Assembly (NCBI GenBank): GCA_964487355.1
Contig: CAZAPS010000003.1
Span: 8,597-72,596, forward strand
From: an uncultured Oscillospiraceae bacterium
Lineage (GTDB): Bacteria; Bacillota; Clostridia; Saccharofermentanales; Fastidiosipilaceae
DNA length: 64,000 nt
Reading direction: 5' to 3'
The notes beneath the pieces were generated by a model. That model was not told where the DNA came from, ran no database searches, and was given only the letters and a program-made list of their open reading frames with translations. Of this stretch, positions 37,270-47,150 are shown piece by piece (within the stretch, counting starts at the first letter, position 1; each line of letters starts with the position of its first letter). A program made the position numbers and the translations under genes.

Positions 37270-39582
37270 TTAATTTCCTCTTCTGACCTCGCTGACGTCT
37301 TTAATCGCCTTGAGACGCCCAACCACACGCTCGTACTGATTCTGGTCCTGTACCTCGATCCGCATCGTCAGTTGCGCGCGCAGATCTTTAAACGCCGACA
37401 TCTGCCCGGACAGAATCGAAACGGATTCCGAGGCGATCGCGTTGGAAATTTCACTGAGCAGGTGCGTGCGGTCACGCGCGATGATTGTAAGCTCCACTTC
37501 ATAAGAGGTGCTGAGGTCTTCCTTGTTCCAGGCGACTTCGATCAAACGCGAAGCTCTGCTTGCGTCTTCCTCACTGAGGGATGAGCTTTCGAGCAGGTTA
37601 CGAACATTGGGGCAATCTTTGCGGTGCACCGAGACACCATCACTGCGAGTGGTAAAACCGATAATCGGATCGCCCGGCACCGGATTACAGCAACGTGAAA
37701 GTCGCACCAGGCAGTTGTCTACCCCTTTGACCACAATTCCATAGTCATCTTTCACCCGTTCATGTGTCTTTTTGCGTGTTTGAGAGCGGGTGGAGCGGTC
37801 ACCGGTCTGTTCCTCGCGCTCGATCATTTGGGCGCCGGCACCCGGACTGTATATGATCTGCCCCGACGGCGACAACCGATAGCCCAGATGCGCCCGTTCC
37901 GATTCGGGCAGCGATTTGATGTATTCATCACGTAAGCGCGGCACAATCTTGCCGACACTCATGCTTCCATGGCCTACATTCGCGTACATGTCCTCCAGCG
38001 AGTTGAAATTGTACCGTTTGAAAACAACTGTCAAAAACTTATCTTTTAATAGTTGCAGGGAGGTGAAGCCGGTCCTTTTAATCTCGCGGTCAACCAATTC
38101 CTTGCCACGGGCAATGTCTTCATCGCGTGTTTCCCGCTTGAACCAGTGTTTGATTTTATTTTTCGCCGCTCCACTTTTGACGATGGCAAGCCAGTCCCGC
38201 GACGGTCCATGCACTTTATCCGATACAAGAATTTCAACGATCTCGCCGTTTTGCAGCTCATAAGTCAGCGGCACGATGCGTCCGTTCACCTTCGCTCCAT
38301 ACATGGAATTGCCCACACCCGAGTGGATGGCGTACGCGAAGTCAATTGGGACAGAGCCTTGAGGTAAAGAGACAATGTCGTCACGGGGTGTGAACACATA
38401 GACATCATCCTCGACCAGTCCGGAGCGCAGCGTCTCCATATACTCGCCGGCGTCTTTCATATCTTTTTGCCAGTCCAGAAGCTGTCTCAACCAGGCCAGC
38501 TTTTTGTCCAGGTTCTCTTCTTCCTCTTTTTTAGGCAACGATCCTTGTTGTTTGTATTGATAATGCGCCGCGACACCGAACTCCGCCGTCCGATGCATCG
38601 CGAATGTTCGAATTTGAACCTCGAAAGCCATGCCTTTGGGTCCAATCACAGTGGTATGCAGCGACTGATACATATTCGCCTTGGGGACAGCGATATAGTC
38701 CTTGAACCGTCCGGGCATCGGATGATACATCTCATGCACCAGGCCCAGCACCGCGTAACAGTCCGCCACGGTGTTCACGATGATGCGGCAGGCGAACATA
38801 TCATAGATTTGCTCAAGCGATCTATGCTTGATCGTCATTTTTTTGTAAATACTGTAAAAATGCTTCGGGCGCCCCTCGATTTCGGACTCGATCCCCATAT
38901 TTTCAATCGCTCGGCTCAGGTCGCTGACGACTTGGTCCAAATAGGCTTCCCGCTCCGATCGCCTTTGGGAGATCGCGCCAACCAGCTCATAGTACGCCGT
39001 GCTGTTCAAGTAACGAAAGCAAATATCCTCAAGTTCCCATTTCCATTTGTAAATACCGAGTCGATGGGCGAGGGGGGCGTAGATATCCAGTGTTTCTCTG
39101 GATTTGGCTTCCTGCTTGGCGGGTGGGAGGTGTTTCATTGTGCGCATGTTGTGCAGGCGATCGGCCAACTTAATAATGACGACCCGCACGTCCTTCGCCA
39201 TCGCCAAAAACATCTTGCGAAAGTTCTCCGCCTGCAGCTCTTCTTTGGAGTGAAAGGACATCTTGTCCAGCTTCGTGACACCGTCGACCAACGCGGCGAT
39301 ATCAGCGCCAAACGCTTGCTCCAGCTCTTCCATCGTGCTGTCGGTATCCTCTACCGTGTCATGCAGCAAAGCGGCGCACAAAGTCTGTTCATCCATTTCC
39401 AGTTCGGTCAGCAGTTCGGTCACAGCCAATGGATGAATGATATATGGTTCGCCGTTGGCGCGTTTTTGCTCTTTGTGCGCCTCCAACGCAAACGCGATCG
39501 CTTTATCCAGCAAAGCAGTGTCACGGCCGGACGAATACCCCTGGTACGATCGCCGTAGCCGGTCAATGCTCATATTGATCAT
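37270..39582 (-). CDS. relA: Bifunctional (p)ppGpp synthetase/hydrolase (RelA/SpoT homolog)
   Basis: HD hydrolase domain (HPLAVTELL...LLHDTVEDT), synthetase, TGS and ACT-like regions. The start is uncertain (39582 or 39573). The track start at 39657 would overlap recJ. Confidence 0.9.
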   Translation of the reverse strand: MINMSIDRLRRSYQGYSSGRDTALLDKAIAFALEAHKEQKRANGEPYIIHPLAVTELLTELEMDEQTLCAALLHDTVEDTDSTMEELEQAFGADIAALVDGVTKLDKMSFHSKEELQAENFRKMFLAMAKDVRVVIIKLADRLHNMRTMKHLPPAKQEAKSRETLDIYAPLAHRLGIYKWKWELEDICFRYLNSTAYYELVGAISQRRSEREAYLDQVVSDLSRAIENMGIESEIEGRPKHFYSIYKKMTIKHRSLEQIYDMFACRIIVNTVADCYAVLGLVHEMYHPMPGRFKDYIAVPKANMYQSLHTTVIGPKGMAFEVQIRTFAMHRTAEFGVAAHYQYKQQGSLPKKEEEENLDKKLAWLRQLLDWQKDMKDAGEYMETLRSGLVEDDVYVFTPRDDIVSLPQGSVPIDFAYAIHSGVGNSMYGAKVNGRIVPLTYELQNGEIVEILVSDKVHGPSRDWLAIVKSGAAKNKIKHWFKRETRDEDIARGKELVDREIKRTGFTSLQLLKDKFLTVVFKRYNFNSLEDMYANVGHGSMSVGKIVPRLRDEYIKSLPESERAHLGYRLSPSGQIIYSPGAGAQMIEREEQTGDRSTRSQTRKKTHERVKDDYGIVVKGVDNCLVRLSRCCNPVPGDPIIGFTTRSDGVSVHRKDCPNVRNLLESSSLSEEDASRASRLIEVAWNKEDLSTSYEVELTIIARDRTHLLSEISNAIASESVSILSGQMSAFKDLRAQLTMRIEVQDQNQYERVVGRLKAIKDVSEVRRGN

Positions 39583-39592
39583 GTTTTGTTCT

Positions 39593-41764
39593 TTAGTCGT
39601 CAACGCAAGCACCCTCTCCATATAATTTTCGATACGTCGGAGTTTGATACAGATCAACTTTCTGACTTACCGGACGCAACACTACACATATTATAACGTT
39701 AGACAGTTTTGATATATAGATCAAACCCGCCTCTTCATAGATTGATAGGACGCGACGCAGCTGAAAATGGCTGAGCGGACGGCGCATCGAAGCGTTTATC
39801 CGCGCCAGCAACACCTGAGTCTGCAGCATGCCGTAGCCATCATCCAGCGCGGATTTTAAGAACAGGTAAACTCCGCCCAGCGCTTCTTTGGTGATATCCA
39901 ATTCAGACTCGGGCAAGTCGAGCTGTTTGACCAGCTCCTTCCGCCCCGCCGACTCCCCTGTCAAAGCCAGCCGCGCTTCCAAATCCATTTGATACATCAG
40001 GTCATCTTCCGATTCTTCGGGCAGCAGCAGATCATCGGCTATGATTTGCAGCGTCTCTCGTCCGTTCCAGCTATTCACGTTCGATCCGCCATAAACTTCG
40101 ACCACGGTGTCGGCCGATATGAGGCCGACCATCTCCCCTTGACCGAACGCGACAACCTCAATCGCCTCAACACCCCCGCGCAGCTGAAATTTCAGATGAG
40201 AATTGTCTTTGCCGATGGTCCGAACAGAATGGGCCGAGTTCAATCCATAGTGGAAAACCGGCAGTTCGTTCGCCCTGCCAAACGGTTCAAGATCGGCAAG
40301 TTCCCTCACCTCCTCGATCCGCAAGTTTTCCGGCTCGATGGAAAGGTCATATTTTCGTTTGGGCACGGTCGGAAAGGACTCTTCAGGCAGATGCTCATAC
40401 ACATAACGGTCGAGCGCGTCACGCAGCTCCGGCAGATTCTGTCGTGTGACCATCAACCCCGCCGCCTGTCGATGTCCGCCGAAACTGATAAGTAGATCTT
40501 GCGCGTGCCGCAACGCCTCATAGATATTGAAGTCGCCAAACGTCCGAGCCGAACCCGTGAAAACATCTTGATTCTGATCGATTTGCCCACCGGACGACTC
40601 AGCCACGGCTCGGTCCGGTGTGACCGATTTCGCGCCGGAAAGCAAAATGACCGGCCTCAATAACCTGGCGGACAGCCTGGCGGCGAGAATCCCCAAGACC
40701 CCCGGATGCCAATCTTGCCCTTCCAGAATCAGAATCTGATGTTCCAAGCGGTCCGGTTCTTCCGCGATCAGCTCATTGATCCGGTGAAAAATATTCTGCT
40801 CCACCGTACGCCTCTGCTGATTGATCTCAACCAGCAGAGAGGCTTTCTCGCTCGCTCGTTCCTCCTCGCGGGCGGTCAGACATTCCATACCGCTCAAGCT
40901 GTCTCCCATACGCCCGGCGGCGTTGATTGCGGGGCTGACGCGATGTGAGATCGTGTGCGCCGTCGGTGGCTGATCATTGAGATGCACCAGCTTTAACAAA
41001 GCGGCCAGTCCGGGTCTTTCAGAATCTCGCATGCGCTCCAATCCGGCTCTCACTATTGAGCGGTTTTCATCCTTTAGCGGCATGACATCACCGACTGTGC
41101 CGATCGCGGCGAGATCCAGTCCGGCTCGCCACAGGTCGGGCTGTTCCAAGCAGTCCGAAAGCGCCTGTGTGAGCTTTAACGCGACCGCCGCGCCGCAAAG
41201 ATCGGTGAATGGATAGGCGCTGTCGGAGCGCTGGGGATTGACGATGGCGGTGGCGTCGGGCAATTGTTCACCACATTGGTGGTGGTCGGTGATGACCAAC
41301 CCGATCCCCGCCTCTTTCAATTGTTCAGCTTCATCAATTGAGGAAACACCACAGTCGACGGTGACCACAAGCCCCGCGCCCGCGGCGATGGCGTAGCGCG
41401 TGCCGATTTCCGACAGCCCATACCCCTCGTCAAATCGATCAGGAATATACCAGCCGACCAGGCCACCCGCCGCTCGTAAAAACTCGGTCAACAGCGCGGT
41501 CGCCGTCACTCCATCGGTATCATAGTCTCCATGGACCATGATCAGCTGATGATGGTTCAGGGCGTGCATGATCGCGTCACAGGCGGCGTCCATGTCTGGC
41601 AACAAAAACGGATCATGAAAACTCATCGCATCGCTGTCTAAAAACAAGCGCCGCTCTTCCTCATCCATACCACGGGCGGCCAGGACCCGCTCGCGCAGCG
41701 GCAATTCCTGTTCGGCTACGAATGACGGCGTTTTAGCGGACCAAATTTGATGATAAAGGCGCAT
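39593..41764 (-). CDS. recJ: Single-stranded-DNA-specific exonuclease RecJ
   Basis: 723 aa with DHH motifs (VHGDYDTDGVTA, ITDHH) and DHHA1 (GGHRQAAG). Confidence 0.9.
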   Translation of the reverse strand: MRLYHQIWSAKTPSFVAEQELPLRERVLAARGMDEEERRLFLDSDAMSFHDPFLLPDMDAACDAIMHALNHHQLIMVHGDYDTDGVTATALLTEFLRAAGGLVGWYIPDRFDEGYGLSEIGTRYAIAAGAGLVVTVDCGVSSIDEAEQLKEAGIGLVITDHHQCGEQLPDATAIVNPQRSDSAYPFTDLCGAAVALKLTQALSDCLEQPDLWRAGLDLAAIGTVGDVMPLKDENRSIVRAGLERMRDSERPGLAALLKLVHLNDQPPTAHTISHRVSPAINAAGRMGDSLSGMECLTAREEERASEKASLLVEINQQRRTVEQNIFHRINELIAEEPDRLEHQILILEGQDWHPGVLGILAARLSARLLRPVILLSGAKSVTPDRAVAESSGGQIDQNQDVFTGSARTFGDFNIYEALRHAQDLLISFGGHRQAAGLMVTRQNLPELRDALDRYVYEHLPEESFPTVPKRKYDLSIEPENLRIEEVRELADLEPFGRANELPVFHYGLNSAHSVRTIGKDNSHLKFQLRGGVEAIEVVAFGQGEMVGLISADTVVEVYGGSNVNSWNGRETLQIIADDLLLPEESEDDLMYQMDLEARLALTGESAGRKELVKQLDLPESELDITKEALGGVYLFLKSALDDGYGMLQTQVLLARINASMRRPLSHFQLRRVLSIYEEAGLIYISKLSNVIICVVLRPVSQKVDLYQTPTYRKLYGEGACVDD

Positions 41765-41811
41765 GTCGACCCTTCCTTCTGCGTTGTGACGCGATGCGAT
41801 TTCATTTTGAA

Positions 41812-41852
41812 TAAAAAAACTCCGGATTTATGGCTGTCCACCGATCCGGAGT
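41812..41852 (-). terminator. rpsU terminator
   Basis: ACTCCGGAT / ATCCGGAGT stem, followed on the minus strand by TTTTTTT. Confidence 0.7.
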
Positions 41853-41893
41853 AATAGTGATCCCTCAGCTGAATATTATGAGAAAGAAAGCGA

Positions 41894-42067
41894 TCATCGC
41901 TTTCTCTTTCTGGCCGCTTCAGATTTTTTCTTACGTTTGACGCTGGGTTTCTCGTAATGTTCTCTCTTACGAACCTCAGCGAGAACACCGGAGCGCGCAC
42001 ATGAACGTTTGAAGCGTCTGAGAGCACTGTCTAGGGATTCGTTCTCTTTTACTCTGATTTCTGACAT
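41894..42067 (-). CDS. rpsU: 30S ribosomal protein S21
   Basis: 57-aa product ([21 protein letters not shown]...). SD GGGAGGGG lies upstream of the ATG at 42067. The track ORF is over-extended to 42136. Confidence 0.9.
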   Translation of the reverse strand: MSEIRVKENESLDSALRRFKRSCARSGVLAEVRKREHYEKPSVKRKKKSEAARKRKR

Positions 42068-42182
42068 ATTCTTCCCCCCTCCCGGTGCTAAAATTGGCAT
42101 TGATGAATGATATACAATCATGTCGAACTCAAACAAGTGAATTCACATGTCATCCGATCAATACCGCTGCAGAATGCCATTC

Positions 42183-42212
42183 ATTATAATGCAAACGGGC
42201 GGCAAAAGTCAA
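42183..42212 (-). promoter_or_regulatory. Candidate rpsU promoter
   Basis: Minus strand reads TTGACT - 18 nt - TATAAT. Confidence 0.45.
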
Positions 42213-42321
42213 GCGGCGCATCCTTTAGGCGGTGCTCATTTTTGCGATTCCCCGGTCAACGAATGGCGCGCTGCCGCGCTGAATGAGCGAACGGCGCTGG
42301 CGTCAATAGCGGATCCGACCT

Positions 42322-42675
42322 CTACAACAACTTTTCTCCCATGCTTACACCGCCAAGTAAATGTGTATGAAAATGGAAAACTGTCTGACCCGCGTCCGGT
42401 CCGCAGTTGCTGATCAAACGGTAGCCCGACTGCCTGACACCCAGCCTCTCGGCGATCAGCGGAATGACACGCGTCATATGCGCCGCCAGCTCACCACTTT
42501 GATCCTCATTCGCGAAATCATTCATATCCTCGATATGCCGCTTGGGAACCACCAACACATGGACCGGCGCGACCGGATTCAGGTCATGAAACACAATAAG
42601 CTGATCGTCTTCATAGACAACGGTTGAAGGGATCTCTTTTTTAACAATTTTACAAAATACACAATCGGACATCAC
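42322..42675 (-). CDS. HIT-family (histidine triad) nucleotide hydrolase
   Basis: 117 aa with CVFCKI near the N-terminus and the histidine triad HFHTHLLGG. Confidence 0.9.
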   Translation of the reverse strand: MMSDCVFCKIVKKEIPSTVVYEDDQLIVFHDLNPVAPVHVLVVPKRHIEDMNDFANEDQSGELAAHMTRVIPLIAERLGVRQSGYRLISNCGPDAGQTVFHFHTHLLGGVSMGEKLL

Positions 42676-42771
42676 GCACTCCTCTCAGCCTTGCCCGCCC
42701 ATTTCGACAACTTCACGTCCATCGTCCAATCGTCCAATCAGACAACAGCTGACTTACAATCTTCAAGTCAT

Positions 42772-45432
42772 TCAATTCAGCATGTCCGCGGCGAGGGCGG
42801 CGGAGGCGCCCAACGCCTCCTGCAGCTTGGCCGGATTCTTTCCACCCGCCTGCGCCATGTCCGGCCGGCCGCCACCACCGCCTGAGCAAATTTTCGCGGC
42901 CTCTTTGACAATATTGCCCGCGTGAGCACCTGCTTTCACAGCGTCCGGCGAGGCCATCGCGCTGAGCAACACCTTGCCATCCGCGACCGCACCGAGCACC
43001 ACCAGCGACGGCTTCAGCTGTTCACGCAGTTGGTCGGTCATCTCCCGCAAAACTTTCGCGTCAGGAGCCTCGATTTGCGCCACCAGAACATTGATTCCAT
43101 TCACATCCTTGACTTGATCTTTGAGGTCACCGGCCGACTGCGCGGCGATCTCCCTTTCCAAATCAGAGTATTTTCGTTCCGCGCTCTTCAAATCGTCCAG
43201 GACGGATTCCACACGGCGCGAAACTTCCGGCACAGTGGTTTTGAGCATGGCGGCGGTTTCTTCAAGTTCTCTCTGATAGCTGTCCATCAGCGCGAAAGCG
43301 CCCCGTCCGGTCAGTGCTTCAATCCTTCGCACCCCGGAAGCGATCGAGCTTTCCGACAGGATCTTAAAGTAACAGGCCTGTGAGGTATGTCGCAGATGCG
43401 TGCCTCCACACAGTTCACTGCTAAAGTCTCCGGCACAGACAACCCGCACATTATCACCGTATTTTTCATCAAACAGAGCCATCGCGCCACCCGCTTTGGC
43501 CTCGTCCATGGTCATCACTTTGGTCTCAATCGGCAGATCTCGCAAGATTGTCTGATTGACGATCTCCTCCACCGATTTGATCTGCGCCGCGCTCATCGGT
43601 TTGCCGTAATGGAAATCAAAACGCAAACGATCCGCGTTGACGCTGGAACCCGCCTGCGTCACATGCTCACCTAAAACTATGCGCAGCGTCTTGTGCAGCA
43701 GGTGCGTGGCGGTGTGGTTACGCGCGGTGTCCAGCCTTTGCTCCCGATTGACGATCAGCGTCGCCGCGACACCTTGTTTGATCAGACCCGACTCGACCTG
43801 CCCATGGTGCAGATAGACTCCTTCCGCGGTCATCGTCGTGTCAAGCACCTCCATCACACCGGAGCCCATCTCAATTTTTCCAATGTCACCGACCTGTCCG
43901 CCACTGTTCGCGTAAAAAGGTGTTTGATCGGAAACAAGAATGATCCGAGCTCCCTCACCCGCCTCGTCGACCAGCTCAACGGTGTCATCGTCCTCCCCCC
44001 GCAGCGCGAGGTATAAAACACTCGCCTCGCCGCGCAACTGATCATAGCCGATGAAGGTGGTTGACCTCTCCTGCCGGATTTCTTCCGGCAACGCGCTTTC
44101 GTTCCAGGCGCTCCCGCCTTTTTCAAGTGTCGCCTTGCGTGACAGCTCTCTTTGCGCTTTCATCAGCTCGTCAAAGCCCGACTCATCGATCTCGACGTCG
44201 GTCTCGGAGGCGATTTCACGGGTCAGATCCACCGGGAATCCGTATGTGTCATGCAGCTTAAACACTTTATCTCCGGGCAAAATACTGGAGCCGGACTCTT
44301 TCAGTTCGGCCAAATATTCATCCAGCATCTGTGAGCCTTGATGAATGGTTTTCTCAAAGCTGACCTCTTCCTGATTCAAGACTGACAGAATATATTCTTG
44401 TCGTTCGGCAAGTTCGGGGTATGCCGTCTTTGACATTTCGATCACGACCGGTGACAGTTTCGTCAGGAAACGGTCCTTGATGCCGAGCATTTTTCCATAG
44501 CGGGCCGCCCGGCGCAACAAACGGCGCAGCACATAGCCTCTGCCTTCGTTCGACGGCCGGATACCGTCAGAGATCATCATGGTGCCGCTGCGGATATGGT
44601 CGGTTATGACTCGGATGCCGACATCGTCGCGCCCGTTTTTGCCATATTCCAGATCAGCCAGTTCACAAACTTTGTCCAGTACCGAGCGCACCGTATCGGT
44701 CTCAAACAAATTGTCCACGTCCTGCATGATACAGGCAATGCGCTCGAGGCCGGCCCCGGTATCGATGTTTTTATGATCCAAGGGCAAATAGCTGCCATCC
44801 TCCTGGCGATCAAACTGAGTGAACACCAGATTCCAAAACTCGACAAAACGATCGCAGTCACAGCCAACGGAACAGTTGGGATCGTCACAACCATGCCCGA
44901 GACCGCGATCAAAAAACAGTTCAGAACAAGGCCCGCACGGTCCTGTTCCGTGCTCCCAAAAGTTATCTTCTTTCCCCATTCGGAAGATCCTGTCCTCCGG
45001 TAGCCCCACAACATCTTTCCAAATATCATAGGCCTCGTCGTCTTCAAGATAGACAGTGGCGGAAATCTGTTCGGGCGGCATGTTCAGCACTTCAGTGGAA
45101 AACTCCCAGGCCCAGGAAATGGCTTCTTTTTTAAAGTAGTCACCAAAGGAAAAATTACCCAGCATCTCAAAATAAGTTCCGTGCCGGGCGGTCAGCCCCA
45201 CGCGGTCGATATCCGGAGTGCGGATACATTTTTGACAAGTCGTCACGCGTTTGGCAGGTGGTGTCTGCGCACCGGTAAAATATGGTTTGAGCGGCGTCAT
45301 ACCCGCGTTGATCAGCAAAACAGAGGGGTCATTTTTGGGCACCAGTGAGAAGCTCGGCAACCGTAAATGATCTTTCGATTCAAAAAACGAAAGAAATCGT
45401 TCGCGAATTTCATTTAGTCCAAGTTTTTGCAT
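42772..45432 (-). CDS. alaS: Alanine--tRNA ligase
   Basis: MQKLGLNEIRERFLSFF start (SD AAAGGTG), an editing-domain HxxxH (HTATHLLH) and a C-terminal DHHA1-like GGGGGRPDMAQAGG. The track ORF extends to 45471. Confidence 0.95.
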   Translation of the reverse strand: MQKLGLNEIRERFLSFFESKDHLRLPSFSLVPKNDPSVLLINAGMTPLKPYFTGAQTPPAKRVTTCQKCIRTPDIDRVGLTARHGTYFEMLGNFSFGDYFKKEAISWAWEFSTEVLNMPPEQISATVYLEDDEAYDIWKDVVGLPEDRIFRMGKEDNFWEHGTGPCGPCSELFFDRGLGHGCDDPNCSVGCDCDRFVEFWNLVFTQFDRQEDGSYLPLDHKNIDTGAGLERIACIMQDVDNLFETDTVRSVLDKVCELADLEYGKNGRDDVGIRVITDHIRSGTMMISDGIRPSNEGRGYVLRRLLRRAARYGKMLGIKDRFLTKLSPVVIEMSKTAYPELAERQEYILSVLNQEEVSFEKTIHQGSQMLDEYLAELKESGSSILPGDKVFKLHDTYGFPVDLTREIASETDVEIDESGFDELMKAQRELSRKATLEKGGSAWNESALPEEIRQERSTTFIGYDQLRGEASVLYLALRGEDDDTVELVDEAGEGARIILVSDQTPFYANSGGQVGDIGKIEMGSGVMEVLDTTMTAEGVYLHHGQVESGLIKQGVAATLIVNREQRLDTARNHTATHLLHKTLRIVLGEHVTQAGSSVNADRLRFDFHYGKPMSAAQIKSVEEIVNQTILRDLPIETKVMTMDEAKAGGAMALFDEKYGDNVRVVCAGDFSSELCGGTHLRHTSQACYFKILSESSIASGVRRIEALTGRGAFALMDSYQRELEETAAMLKTTVPEVSRRVESVLDDLKSAERKYSDLEREIAAQSAGDLKDQVKDVNGINVLVAQIEAPDAKVLREMTDQLREQLKPSLVVLGAVADGKVLLSAMASPDAVKAGAHAGNIVKEAAKICSGGGGGRPDMAQAGGKNPAKLQEALGASAALAADMLN

Positions 45433-45614
45433 ATCTTCAGCACCTTTCTTGCGTTCATTCGCAATTACCAATTTTAACCCAACATGTGGTTTCTAACAAT
45501 CCTGGCCGATTCGGCACTTGGGTCTATGATAGAATAAACCGCATAAAATACAAATCTGTCGCCAACACCCGAACAACAAAACGCGTTGGCGCAAAACAAA
45601 GGAATGTGAATGAT

Positions 45615-46991
45615 ATGACTGATCAGATGGTTGATAAATTAAAGATGGCTGACGCGAACCGGGCGCTCGCGGCTCAGTTTGGTCTACATTTTCCGCGTTT
45701 TTTACTCCCGAACCCGGAATTGGATCCCTCATTGTGGAGCGTGGTCGCCTGTGACCAATTCACCTCCCAACCGGAGTATTGGGAAGAGGTGCGCTCCATT
45801 GTGGGCGACGCGCCATCGACACTGAACCTGGTGCTGCCCGAAGTCTATCTTGAAAGCCCCGGCGATCGTCCAATTGAGAGCCGTGTCGAAGACATCCATC
45901 AGAACATGAATGAGTATCTCGACAATGACGTCTTTCAGGAACTGTCACCCGGACTGATTGTCATCCGGCGCCTCACCGCTCAAAACCGCATACGAACCGG
46001 CTTGGTCGCCGCCATCGATCTGGACACCTACGAATTCGAACCGGGCAACCGAGCGTTGACCCGTGCCTCAGAGGCGACTGTTCCGGACCGCATTCCACCT
46101 CGTCTGGCGGTCAGAAAAGATGCCAAAATCGAATGCGCCCATATCCTTTTGCTGTTGGACGACCCACAACAGGCGTGCATCAAACCGTTCGCCGAACAGG
46201 TCAGCTCAGCAGACAGTGGCTACCGAAAGTTGTACGACTTTGAGCTGATGGCCGGCGCCGGTCATTTGACCGGCTGGTTCGTCCCCTCGGACTGCCCACT
46301 ACTAAATGAGCTGCTTGAGCAGATGGCGCGACTGTCCCTTTACACCGATCATCAAATGATGTTCGCCGTCGGAGACGGAAACCATTCTCTGGCGACCGCG
46401 AAAGCATCGTGGGATCAGCTGAAAAAAGAGAATCCTTCCATAGCCACCGACCATCCCGCGCGCTACGCGATGGTTGAAATCGAGGCGCTCAACGATCCCG
46501 GCCTGTTGTTTGAGCCCATCCATCAAGTTTTGTTTGACACCTCCCTCGAAACGGTCGAACAATCCGCCAAGGCGTTCTACGGGAACAGGCTTTCGATAGT
46601 GACCATGGATCCATCCATTCTACTCGAGGATGGCAGTCTCAAAAAAGAGCGTCCAACGGTTCCTGAAGGTCAGGTCGGCATTCCTGTGCGTTCGGGCGAC
46701 CATTTTCATTTATGGCAAATCAAGTCGGACGATAAATTGGCGATCGAGGTTTTGCGCGATTTTCTCGATCCATTTATGAACGAGAAAGAATTGTTCACCG
46801 ATTACATCCACGGAGACGAGGTGGTCACACAACTCACCGATGATCCGGACAACGTTGGATTTTATCTGCCTCAGATGGATCCCGACGATTTCTTCAACCA
46901 AATCATTCACCGAGGCATCCTGCCGCGCAAGGCTTTTTCTTTGGGCGACGCGGTTGACAAACGATTTTACATGGAATGCAAAGCCATCTGA
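45615..46991 (+). CDS. DUF1015-family protein (function unknown)
   Basis: About 458 aa. The upstream part of track ORF 45345.. overlaps alaS and is discarded. Start candidates are 45615, 45624 and 45645. The family call rests on overall resemblance (…VVACDQFTSQPEYW…FAVGDGNHSLATAK…). Confidence 0.6.
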   Translation: MTDQMVDKLKMADANRALAAQFGLHFPRFLLPNPELDPSLWSVVACDQFTSQPEYWEEVRSIVGDAPSTLNLVLPEVYLESPGDRPIESRVEDIHQNMNEYLDNDVFQELSPGLIVIRRLTAQNRIRTGLVAAIDLDTYEFEPGNRALTRASEATVPDRIPPRLAVRKDAKIECAHILLLLDDPQQACIKPFAEQVSSADSGYRKLYDFELMAGAGHLTGWFVPSDCPLLNELLEQMARLSLYTDHQMMFAVGDGNHSLATAKASWDQLKKENPSIATDHPARYAMVEIEALNDPGLLFEPIHQVLFDTSLETVEQSAKAFYGNRLSIVTMDPSILLEDGSLKKERPTVPEGQVGIPVRSGDHFHLWQIKSDDKLAIEVLRDFLDPFMNEKELFTDYIHGDEVVTQLTDDPDNVGFYLPQMDPDDFFNQIIHRGILPRKAFSLGDAVDKRFYMECKAI

Positions 46992-47060
46992 TCGCGCCTG
47001 ATCAAAATTTCGTTAGTTATTTCGTTAGCCTTTATAATCAAACTCCCGCAAATGAAAGTA

Positions 47061-47103
47061 AAAACTCCTTGGCCACATTATCTTAGAGTGCCAAGGAGTT
47101 TTT
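47061..47103. terminator. Bidirectional terminator between the DUF1015 gene and serA
   Basis: A perfect 13-bp stem (AAAACTCCTTGGC / GCCAAGGAGTTTT). Confidence 0.75.
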
Positions 47104-47150
47104 GTGACTGCGCGACTCACGCCGGATGCGCGGCTGTCAGGCGTTGAGGT

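Noticed and set aside
38467-39558. 363-aa plus-strand ORF antisense to relA. Similar long antisense ORFs occur at 34883-35854 (nrdJ), 58246-59076 (Fe-ADH), 13804-14529 (scpA/B) and 17244-17714 (ileS).
   Set aside because: All lie wholly within strongly supported genes on the opposite strand. Their products are Arg/His/Leu-rich and nonsense-like, which is typical of spurious ORFs in moderately GC-rich DNA.
45345-45614. 90-codon upstream extension of the DUF1015 ORF
   Set aside because: It overlaps the alaS 5' end and promoter region on the other strand, and its sequence (MRSSATVNDLSIQKTKEIV...) is not protein-like. ATGs from 45615 onward fit better.
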